Shown: positions 19,607 through 27,472 of the stretch, one piece after another
Position numbering within the stretch: position 1 is the first letter of the stretch
How the letters are laid out: each line of letters begins with the position of its first letter
NCBI GenBank assembly: GCA_945888565.1
Contig: CAMDAL010000001.1
Coordinates: 1 to 43,319, forward strand
Length of the DNA stretch: 43,319 bases
Source of the DNA: Devosia equisanguinis
GTDB lineage: Bacteria > Pseudomonadota > Alphaproteobacteria > Rhizobiales > Devosiaceae
Direction of reading: 5' to 3'
Notes under the pieces: generated by a model
Seen by the model: only the letters and a program-made list of their open reading frames with translations
Told to the model about the DNA's origin: nothing
The model's database searches: none
Program-made: the position numbers and the translations under genes

Positions 19607-20581
19607 ATGAAGAGTGTTGTGTTCGATGCGTTTGGCAGCCCGCGCCAGGTGTTGCGTGTGGCCGATGTGCCCGTGCCGCAGCCGGGGCCGGGGCAGGCGC
19701 GGGTTCGGCTGGTGCTGGCGCCGATCCACAATCACGACCTGATGATCATCACCGGCCACTACGGCATCAAGCCGAAGCTGCCGCACCATCCGGGTACCGA
19801 GGGCCTCGGCATCGTCGATGCGGTGGGCGAGGGTGTGACCAACGTGAAGGTCGGCGATCGGGTCACCGGCGGGGCGTCGGCGACGTGGTCGGAGTTCTTC
19901 CTCACCGCCGCCGCCGGGCTGGCGATCGTGCCGGATACGATCGACGACGCCACCGCCTGCCAGCTCACGGCGATGCCGATGAGCGCGGTGCGGCTGCTGG
20001 CCAACCTCGAGGTGAAGTCCGGTGACTGGATCGCCCAGAACGCCGCCAACGGCGCGGTGGGCAAGATGCTGGCGAAGCTGGCGGCGGAGCAGGGGGTGCG
20101 CGTCCTCAACATCGTGCGGCGCGAGGACGCGGTAGCGGAGCTGGCGGCTGAAGGGATCAGCGACGCGGTGTCGTCCGAGCACGAGGACTGGCAGGACCGC
20201 GCCAAGGCGATCACTGGCGGCGCGCCGGTGATCCGTGCGGTGGATTCCATCGGCGGCCGCGCCGCCGATGAGCTGATGGACCTGCTGGCATCGGGCGGAC
20301 GGCTCGTCTCGTTCGGCGCGCTGTCGGGCCGGCCACTGCAGGTGTCGGCCGAGAACCTGCTGTTCAAGCAGACGACGATCTCCGCCTTCTGGGCGGCGCG
20401 TCCCGAAACGAAGATGACGCCGGCCGAACTGGGCGCTGCCCGCGCCGATCTCATCAGCCGCGCGGCATCGGGGGCGCTGAAGCTGCCGATTGCCCGGGTC
20501 TTCTCGCTCGCGGAAGCCGCCGAAGCGGCGGAGGCCAGCAACGAGAAGGGCCGGCCGGGGAAGATCGCGCTGCGGCCCTAG
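19607..20581 (+). CDS. MDR-superfamily NADPH oxidoreductase (quinone/enoyl reductase-like, no Zn ligands)
   Basis: PIHNHDL, PGTEGLG, QNAANGAVG nucleotide-binding loop, RPGKIAL. Confidence 0.88.
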   Translation: MKSVVFDAFGSPRQVLRVADVPVPQPGPGQARVRLVLAPIHNHDLMIITGHYGIKPKLPHHPGTEGLGIVDAVGEGVTNVKVGDRVTGGASATWSEFFLTAAAGLAIVPDTIDDATACQLTAMPMSAVRLLANLEVKSGDWIAQNAANGAVGKMLAKLAAEQGVRVLNIVRREDAVAELAAEGISDAVSSEHEDWQDRAKAITGGAPVIRAVDSIGGRAADELMDLLASGGRLVSFGALSGRPLQVSAENLLFKQTTISAFWAARPETKMTPAELGAARADLISRAASGALKLPIARVFSLAEAAEAAEASNEKGRPGKIALRP

Positions 20582-20599
20582 TCTCCCCGGCAAACCGCC

Positions 20600-21148
20600 T
20601 CAGCCGAGCCGCGCGATCACTTCGTCGGTGCTGGTGATTTCGCTGATCTTGGGCAGCTGGACCCGCACGGCGTGCTCGTGCGCCTCGGCGTTCGTCTCGG
20701 TCATGGCATCAGTGATGCTCACGACGTTGTAGCCGCGGTCATAGGCGTTGCGGGCGGTGCCCTCGACGCCGCTCGACGTCGAAATGCCGCACAGGAATAT
20801 CTGGGTCACGCCAAGGCGGCGCAGCTCGCGGTCGAGACCCGTGCCGTAGAAGGCGCCGACGTTCAGTTTCGTCACGAGGATGTCGCTCGGCTGAACGCCG
20901 AGTTCGGGAATCAGCACGTGCCAGTCAGCGGGTGGCGCAAAGGCGGCTGTGTTCTCGGTGCGACCTGGTGCGCGGCCGGCAACGTTGACCAGAATGACCG
21001 GCAATTGCCTGGCGCGGAACGCCGCGATCAATCGCACGGCCCGGCCGATTATCTCCCCTGCCGGCGGCACCATCGGCTGCGAGACGATGCCCTTCTGCAG
21101 GTCGATGACGACGAGGGCAGGCTTGTCGTCGAGCTGGGTCAGGGGCAT
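20600..21148 (-). CDS. Isochorismatase-family hydrolase
   Basis: ALVVIDLQKGI, VTK..GAFYGT, GISTSSGVEGTARNAYDRGY. Confidence 0.88.
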   Translation of the reverse strand: MPLTQLDDKPALVVIDLQKGIVSQPMVPPAGEIIGRAVRLIAAFRARQLPVILVNVAGRAPGRTENTAAFAPPADWHVLIPELGVQPSDILVTKLNVGAFYGTGLDRELRRLGVTQIFLCGISTSSGVEGTARNAYDRGYNVVSITDAMTETNAEAHEHAVRVQLPKISEITSTDEVIARLG

Positions 21149-21170
21149 GCGTTTTCCTTTGCCGGGTGCG

Positions 21171-22511
21171 TCAGGTCAGCCCCAGCATCTGGTCCTGCAG
21201 CTGGCGGAGCGCGTAGAGGCGCGTCGTCTGGTCGGGCAGGGCGTTGGCGGTGGTGATCAGGTCGCCCTTTTTCACCGGCGCCGTCACCTTGCCGCCTTCG
21301 AGCAGACCGACCGGTACGGCACGCTTGGCTCGGGCGTCGCCGATGGTGAGGACGAAGCTGCGGTAGCAGGTCTCGCCGATGGCATCGAAGGTGTCGCCGA
21401 CCTTGAGGTCGCGCTTGGCCACGGCGCACACTTCGGCTACGGGTGAGGGCAGCGGCACCATGTCGGGCTTTCCGTAGAGCATGATGCGCGCCGCGGTGAG
21501 CGGCACTTCGAGCGAGGTCAGGTGGTAGGGGCGGAAGAGCGCGTAGTACGGGCCCTTGCCGACATGCAGGTCGTCCATACGCTCGATGATGCGCGGGTGC
21601 TCGGCTTCGACGATGACGAACACGCCGGGCGCCACGCCCTTGCCGACGGTGAAATCGACGACGCCCTTCTTGTGCAGGATGCCCCCGTCTTCGCGCGGAA
21701 TCAGGACCTTGACCATCTCGTCGCGGTCAGCCTTGGGGCCGTGCATGCCCGGCACATCGGGGACGAGACCGGTGGCGTTGGCGATGCAGGCCATCTCCAC
21801 CATGGTTTTCGAGCCATCGACGAACTCGACCAGCATGCGGGGGTTCATGTTGCGGCGGATCGCTTCTTCGCGATAGTCGTCGGGGACGGCGTAATGGTTG
21901 AGCGGGTTGTTCTTGCCCTTGCCGGCCGAGACGATGCGGTAGCCGAGCGCCGAGGCGAACTCGATCAGCTCCATGCAGGAACTGGGCTCGTCGCCGGCGC
22001 CGACGGAGTAGATGACGCCGAGCTTGTCGGCCTGCTGCTTGAGGTAGGGGCCGATGGTGACGTCGGCCTCGACGTTCATCATCACCAGGTGCTTGCCGTG
22101 CTCCATGGCCATGAGGTCGTAGTCGGCGGCAACGCCCGGCTTGCCGGTGGCGTCGATCACCACGTCGATCAGCGGGTTCGTCACCATGGTCTCGACCGAG
22201 GTGACGGCCATCTTGCCCGCCTCGATGGCGGCGGTGACCTTGGACTGGGTGTCGGCCTCAATGGCGTGGCTGTCGTCGCCGTAGGCGATGGTGGCAGCCT
22301 CGCGCGCGGTGTGCGGGCGGCGGGTGGCGATGGCGGCGATCTCGATGCCGCGCATCAGCGCGCCCTGGGTCACGAGGTCGGTGCCCATTTCGCCAGAACC
22401 GATGACGCCGATGCGGATCGGCCGGCCTGCGTCGGCGCGAGCCTTGAGGTCGCGGGCGATGCCGGTGAGGTGGACGTTGGCGAGTGAAACTGGGGGAGTG
22501 TTTGCCTTCAT
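21171..22511 (-). CDS. Homoserine-dehydrogenase-like NAD(P)-binding oxidoreductase with C-terminal SAF domain
   Basis: IGVIGSGEMG, VMMNVEADVTIG, GAGDEP, GKGKNNP, FVDGSKTMVEM, RPYHLTSLE, AVAKRDL (SAF). True start is ATG 22511; the rest of the 810-aa ORF is a shadow. Confidence 0.88.
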   Translation of the reverse strand: MKANTPPVSLANVHLTGIARDLKARADAGRPIRIGVIGSGEMGTDLVTQGALMRGIEIAAIATRRPHTAREAATIAYGDDSHAIEADTQSKVTAAIEAGKMAVTSVETMVTNPLIDVVIDATGKPGVAADYDLMAMEHGKHLVMMNVEADVTIGPYLKQQADKLGVIYSVGAGDEPSSCMELIEFASALGYRIVSAGKGKNNPLNHYAVPDDYREEAIRRNMNPRMLVEFVDGSKTMVEMACIANATGLVPDVPGMHGPKADRDEMVKVLIPREDGGILHKKGVVDFTVGKGVAPGVFVIVEAEHPRIIERMDDLHVGKGPYYALFRPYHLTSLEVPLTAARIMLYGKPDMVPLPSPVAEVCAVAKRDLKVGDTFDAIGETCYRSFVLTIGDARAKRAVPVGLLEGGKVTAPVKKGDLITTANALPDQTTRLYALRQLQDQMLGLT

Positions 22512-22559
22512 GGCCTCGTGCTTTATCACTCCACGCAAGCCATTGGAACCGAGCATCAA

Positions 22560-23594
22560 ATGACCGGACAACTCGACATCAGCCGCGAGGACAATCTTGG
22601 CATCATCGCCCTCAACCGGCCCGAGGCGATCAATGCGCTGAACGCCGAGATGATCGGCGGCATCATTCGCACGCTGGAGCAGTGGCGCGACGATGACGGC
22701 ATCCGCGTGGTGCTGTTCGAGGGGCGCGGGGCCCGCGGCTTCTGTGCCGGCGGCGATGTGCGGGCGGTGCGGCAGCTGGTGCTCGACGGGCGGCTGGACG
22801 AAGCCGACGCGTTCTTTGCCGCCGAGTATTTCATGAACGGGCTGATCGCCACGTTTCCGAAACCAACCGTCGCCGTGTCGCATGGTGTGGTGATGGGCGG
22901 CGGCATCGGCATCGCCGGGCACTGCCGCTACCGCTTCACGACGCCAGATAGCAAATGGGCCATGCCGGAGGCGGCGATCGGTTTTGTCGCCGATATCGGC
23001 ATCAACCAGATCCTGGCGCAGGCGCCGCTGCACCGGGCGCTCGCCTTCCTGATGAGTGGGGTCACGGTCGGCCCGGCCGATGCGCTGGCGCTGGGGCTGG
23101 CCGACTGCATCCACGATCCGGCGCGTCGGGAAGCCCTGCTCGACGGCATTGCGGCCGCGGCGCGCCATCCCAATCCGGATGCAGCGCTGGCGCACCTGGT
23201 GCAGGCCGAGATGCTGGCGGGGGGCGACGCGGCTTTCGTGCGGGCAGCCGATGGCTGTGCCACCATCGACTGGAGCAACGCCGCCGCCGTCGTTGCAGCC
23301 ATCGCCGACCCGGGGCTCGCGGCAGCGCTGCGGTCGCGGTCGCCGACCAGCCTGGTCGCCATCCTCGAGAGCCACCTGGTGGCGCGAAAGCTGCCTGGCA
23401 TCCGCGAGGTGCTGGCGGTCGACCTGGGGTTGGCGCAGCTGCTTTGCCGCTGGCCGGACTTCGCCGAGGGGGTCCGGGCGGTGCTGGTCGACAAGGACCA
23501 GCGGCCGGTCTGGCACCCGCAGGACCTCGCAACAGTCCCGGCCGGAGCGATACGCGCCGCTATCGCCGCTGCTATTGGTTCGAAACCGGTCTGA
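22560..23594 (+). CDS. Enoyl-CoA hydratase/isomerase family, 3-hydroxyisobutyryl-CoA hydrolase-like
   Basis: LNRPEAINAL, FCAGGDV, GVVMGGGIG, AMPEAAIG, DFAEGVRAVLVDKD. Confidence 0.9.
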   Translation: MTGQLDISREDNLGIIALNRPEAINALNAEMIGGIIRTLEQWRDDDGIRVVLFEGRGARGFCAGGDVRAVRQLVLDGRLDEADAFFAAEYFMNGLIATFPKPTVAVSHGVVMGGGIGIAGHCRYRFTTPDSKWAMPEAAIGFVADIGINQILAQAPLHRALAFLMSGVTVGPADALALGLADCIHDPARREALLDGIAAAARHPNPDAALAHLVQAEMLAGGDAAFVRAADGCATIDWSNAAAVVAAIADPGLAAALRSRSPTSLVAILESHLVARKLPGIREVLAVDLGLAQLLCRWPDFAEGVRAVLVDKDQRPVWHPQDLATVPAGAIRAAIAAAIGSKPV

Positions 23595-23683
23595 GCTTAG
23601 CACTTCTTAAACCGTTACCGCCGATGCTGATGCAGATCAGACCGGAAGGTTTGGGGACCAGAAGGTTAGGGGCATCTCGGGGC

Positions 23684-23974
23684 ATGGCCCAGTCACGCAG
23701 CAAAACCGTCGCCTTGCCGGCGATCGTCGATCTCGACTCGCTCGATCCCATTCGCGACGAGCTGATCGACGCCGTGGAATCAGGGCCTGTGAAGGTCAAG
23801 GGTGCCGCTGTTGAGCGCGTGGCGACCAATGCATTGTTCATGTTGATGAGTGCGGCCGAGACCGCCCGTCGCAACAATTTCGCTTTCGCGGTGACCGAGC
23901 CCAGCGAGCCGTTCCGGCTCGCGGTGGAACGTCTTGGACTCGCCGGCGAGTTCGCCGCGATCATGGAAGGATAA
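23684..23974 (+). CDS. STAS-domain chemotaxis accessory protein (CheS/CheX-like)
   Basis: 96 aa, LPAIVDL...VERV...ERLGL STAS pattern, directly upstream of cheY-cheA. Confidence 0.8.
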   Translation: MAQSRSKTVALPAIVDLDSLDPIRDELIDAVESGPVKVKGAAVERVATNALFMLMSAAETARRNNFAFAVTEPSEPFRLAVERLGLAGEFAAIMEG

Positions 23975-23984
23975 TCCTCAAAAA

Positions 23985-24344
23985 ATGCGCGTTCTTACTG
24001 TCGACGATTCCCGCACCATTCTCGCGATGCTGCACCACACCCTCTCCAATGCGGGCTTTGAAGTGCTGCAGGCCGAGGACGGCCAGAAGGGCCTCGACGT
24101 GCTCCGGAACGAGAGCGTCGACGTGGTCATCACCGATATCAACATGCCGGTGATGGACGGCATCGAGTTCATCAAGAACGTGCGTGCCTCGGGCATGCAC
24201 AACTCGCTCCCCATCCTGATCCTCACCACCGAAACCAGCCAGGACAAGCGCGACCAGGGCCGCGCTGCCGGCGGTACGGGCTGGATCGTGAAGCCGTTCG
24301 ATCCTCAGAAGCTAATCTCGGTCATCCACCGCGTCGTCCACTGA
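23985..24344 (+). CDS. cheY: Chemotaxis response regulator CheY
   Basis: VLTVDDS, ITDINMPVMDG, LTTE, GWIVKPF; single receiver domain. Confidence 0.93.
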   Translation: MRVLTVDDSRTILAMLHHTLSNAGFEVLQAEDGQKGLDVLRNESVDVVITDINMPVMDGIEFIKNVRASGMHNSLPILILTTETSQDKRDQGRAAGGTGWIVKPFDPQKLISVIHRVVH

Positions 24345-24397
24345 CGAGCCGGTCTGGCTGACCGTCCCCAAGTGCCCAGAAGGGTTTCGACTGGACT

Positions 24398-26674
24398 ATG
24401 AGCGACCTCGACGACTTCAAGGCCACATACTTCGATGAGTGCTCCGAGCTGCTGCTCGAGCTCGAGGAGCAGTTCCATGCCATCGAGGACGGGGACCGCT
24501 CGGCAAACCGGCTGAACGCGGTGTTCCGCGCCATCCACTCGATCAAGGGTGGCGGCGGCGCCTTCGGCTTTGCCGACCTCGTCGCCTTCGCCCATGCCTA
24601 CGAAACGCTGCTCGACCATGTCCGCGACGGCCGTATCGAGCTGGCCGATCATGTCGCGGTGCTGTGCATCCGCGCCAATGACATCGTCGCCGACTTCGTC
24701 GCGGCAGCCAAGGACGGGGTGCAACTGGCTCCCGGCTACGGCGACGACGAGAAGGCGCAGTTCGACGCCCTCACCTCCGGCAACGACCCCGACATGGCGG
24801 GTGAGCCGATGGAGGAGTTCGACATCGATTTCGTGCCGGTGATGGTACAGCTCGGTGGTGCCGACGATGCGCCCGAGCCGATCACGCTGGCGCCGCCGGC
24901 CGTCGACAGCTTCGAGGCCGCGCCGATGATCGAGGGCAACCGCTGGATCATCCGCTTCACGCCGCACTCCGAACTCTACGCCCGCGCCAACGATCCGCTG
25001 CTGCTGTTCCGCGAACTGTCGACGCTCGGCCAGCTCGAGGTTCGCACGCGGATCGACGAGATTCCGCCGCTGGCCGATTTCGAGCCGTTCGGCGTCTATT
25101 GCAGCTGGGAGATCACGCTGACCTCGGCAACGGCCGGCGAGGCGCAGATCGCCGAGGTGTTCGAGTTCGTCGACGGCAATTGCGACCTCGAGATCGTGTC
25201 TGTCGTTGCGGCGGCGACGCCGGTTGCCGCCACGGACGACGCGATGCCGAGCTTTGCCGAACTGGCCGGCATCGAGCCCAGCGAGGACAATCTCGACGCC
25301 GAGGTCGAGGAACTGGCAGCGGCCCAGCCGGGCAACCTTTTGAGCTTCGCCGACCTGGCCGAGGCGATGAAGCCGGCGCTGAAAGCCGCGCCGCCGGTGA
25401 TGCCGAAGCCGCTCGCCGCTGCGCCGGCAGTCGCCGCCGACGACCATGATGGCGACAATGATCGCCGCAACGGCTCCGAAGACCGCCGCAACGGCGTGCA
25501 GTCGATCCGCGTCGACCTCGACAAGATCGACCGCGTCGTCAACATGGTGGGCGAGCTGGTGATTACCCAGTCCATGCTCACCCAGCAGATGGATGAGACG
25601 CTGCGTGCCCGCTACCAGGAACTGGTGCGCGGCATCGAGGTGCTGGCCCAGACGACGCGCGGCCTGCAGGACTCGGTGATGGCAATTCGCGCGCAACCGG
25701 TGAAGACCGTATTCAGCCGCATGCCGCGCCTCGTGCGTGAGCTTGCCAGCAAGACCGGCAAGAAGATCCGGCTCGAGACCATCGGTGAGAACACCGAGAT
25801 CGACAAGACGATCATCGAGCAGCTTTCTGACCCGCTCACCCACATGATCCGCAACTCGGCCGACCACGGCATCGAGGTGCCGGCGCAGCGCAGTGCGGCG
25901 GGCAAGGGTGAGACGGGCGTCATTCGCCTGTCGGCCGAGCAGGCGGGCGGCAACATCCTGATCGCGGTGGAAGACGATGGCGGCGGCATCAATCGCGAAC
26001 GCGTGCTGCAGGTGGCGCGCGACCGCGGCGTCGTCGGGCCCGAGCAGACGCTGACCGACGAGCAGGTCGACCAGCTGATCTTCGCCCCCGGCTTCTCGAC
26101 GGCCGCCGAAGTGAGCGACATTTCCGGCCGCGGCGTCGGCATGGAAGTGGTGCTGAGTAACATCAAGAAGATCGGCGGCTCGGTGCACGTGAAGAGCTGG
26201 ACCGGCAAGGGCACGCGGATGACGCTGCGCCTGCCGCTCACGCTGGCGGTGCTCGACGTCATGCTGGTGAAGGTGGCGGGTTCGCCCTACGTGATCCCGC
26301 TGTCGTCGATCGTCGAAACCATTCAGTGCGCGCGGGCCAATTTCTCGCGCATGCCGACCGGCGGCCAGGTGCTGCAGGTGCGCGGCGAATACGTGCAGGT
26401 CGTCGACCTCGCGAGCCGCTTCGAGATGGATACCAGCACAGACCGCGAAAATCGCTTCGTGGTGCTCTGCGAGGCCGAAGGTGGCGTCAAGATCGCGCTG
26501 ATCGTCGATGACATCATCGGCCAGCAGCAGGTGGTGATCAAGTCGCTCGAAGAGAACTTCCAGTCCATCGAGGGTATCGCCGGCGGCACCATCCTGGGCG
26601 ATGGCAACGTGGCGCTGATCGTGGACGTACAGGGACTGAAGACTTCAACCGCGACGCACAAGAGCGCCGCCTGA
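24398..26674 (+). CDS. cheA: Chemotaxis histidine kinase CheA
   Basis: Hpt HSIKGG, P2, SIRVD dimerisation domain, HMIRNSADHG, SGRGVGM, C-terminal CheW domain. Confidence 0.97.
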   Translation: MSDLDDFKATYFDECSELLLELEEQFHAIEDGDRSANRLNAVFRAIHSIKGGGGAFGFADLVAFAHAYETLLDHVRDGRIELADHVAVLCIRANDIVADFVAAAKDGVQLAPGYGDDEKAQFDALTSGNDPDMAGEPMEEFDIDFVPVMVQLGGADDAPEPITLAPPAVDSFEAAPMIEGNRWIIRFTPHSELYARANDPLLLFRELSTLGQLEVRTRIDEIPPLADFEPFGVYCSWEITLTSATAGEAQIAEVFEFVDGNCDLEIVSVVAAATPVAATDDAMPSFAELAGIEPSEDNLDAEVEELAAAQPGNLLSFADLAEAMKPALKAAPPVMPKPLAAAPAVAADDHDGDNDRRNGSEDRRNGVQSIRVDLDKIDRVVNMVGELVITQSMLTQQMDETLRARYQELVRGIEVLAQTTRGLQDSVMAIRAQPVKTVFSRMPRLVRELASKTGKKIRLETIGENTEIDKTIIEQLSDPLTHMIRNSADHGIEVPAQRSAAGKGETGVIRLSAEQAGGNILIAVEDDGGGINRERVLQVARDRGVVGPEQTLTDEQVDQLIFAPGFSTAAEVSDISGRGVGMEVVLSNIKKIGGSVHVKSWTGKGTRMTLRLPLTLAVLDVMLVKVAGSPYVIPLSSIVETIQCARANFSRMPTGGQVLQVRGEYVQVVDLASRFEMDTSTDRENRFVVLCEAEGGVKIALIVDDIIGQQQVVIKSLEENFQSIEGIAGGTILGDGNVALIVDVQGLKTSTATHKSAA

Positions 26675-26720
26675 GACAAGCATTGGCCACGCAGAAGCGC
26701 GGCAGAAAAGGCCAGAAACC

Positions 26721-27206
26721 ATGGAATCGCTAGCGTTCAAGGACGACGTCTCCGCCAGCAGCGTCGCCGCTGCCAACTCGCTGCAACTGATCGCCTTCTC
26801 GATCGGCGAGCAGACCTACGGCGTCGAGATCACCACGGTGCGCGAGATCCGCGCCTGGAACGGCGCCACCCCGCTGCCCAATACCCGCGAGTTCGTGCGT
26901 GGCGTGATCAACCTGCGCGGCACGATCGTGCCGATCTTCGACCTGCGTGCCCGCTTCGGCGAAGGCGTCACCTCGCCGACCAAGAACCACGTCGTGGTGG
27001 TGATGTCGGTGGGCGACAAGTGGGTCGGCATCCTGGTCGATGCGGTGTCGGACATCCTGACCGTCTCCAAGGACGAGATCCACAATGTGCCCGAGGGCAA
27101 CTCGATCGACACCGAGCTGCTCAACGGCATCGTCACCCATGACAGCCGCATGGTCGGGCTCATCGACCTGCACGCGGTGGTGTCGGGCGCGAAGATGGAC
27201 AGCTGA
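26721..27206 (+). CDS. cheW: Chemotaxis coupling protein CheW
   Basis: VREIR, GVINLRGTIVPIFDL, GILVDAVSDI. Confidence 0.95.
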   Translation: MESLAFKDDVSASSVAAANSLQLIAFSIGEQTYGVEITTVREIRAWNGATPLPNTREFVRGVINLRGTIVPIFDLRARFGEGVTSPTKNHVVVVMSVGDKWVGILVDAVSDILTVSKDEIHNVPEGNSIDTELLNGIVTHDSRMVGLIDLHAVVSGAKMDS

Positions 27207-27233
27207 CGCTCACCAGCGGCTGCGAGGGTTTCT

Positions 27234-27257
27234 AAGGGCGCCGGCTGGCGCCCTTTT
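27234..27257 (+). terminator. Intrinsic terminator closing the che cluster
   Basis: AAGGGCGCC-GGCT-GGCGCCCTT followed by TT. Confidence 0.8.
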
Positions 27258-27267
27258 GCATTCGTGC

Positions 27268-27283
27268 TGTTCCACGTGAATCA
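27268..27283. other. parS-like site TGTTCCACGTGAATCA
   Basis: 15/16 match to TGTTNCACGTGAAACA; intergenic. Confidence 0.75.
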
Positions 27284-27472
27284 GGGTCGCCGCAGCTGTC
27301 AGTGTGAGACGGTGCCGTCGCGTCATCCATTTGGATATTTGTCCCGCCGGCCCATGATTCGCCGCAGTTCTGGGCCTGTGTCGCCCTTGCACCACGGGGA
27401 GCTTTCCCTCATGTTCGAAACATCCCAAATTCAACCAGTTACAGGGTAATACCCCGCCGGAGGTCCGCAACG

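Noticed and set aside
22512-23603. Apparent N-terminal fusion in the 810-aa minus-strand ORF
   Set aside because: Shadow of the plus-strand enoyl-CoA hydratase-family gene; the real protein starts at 22511.
22955-23683. N-terminal extension of the 339-aa ORF ending in the STAS domain
   Set aside because: Off-frame overlap with the hydratase gene; the STAS protein starts at 23684.
24305-26188. 627-aa minus-strand ORF
   Set aside because: Antisense shadow of cheA.
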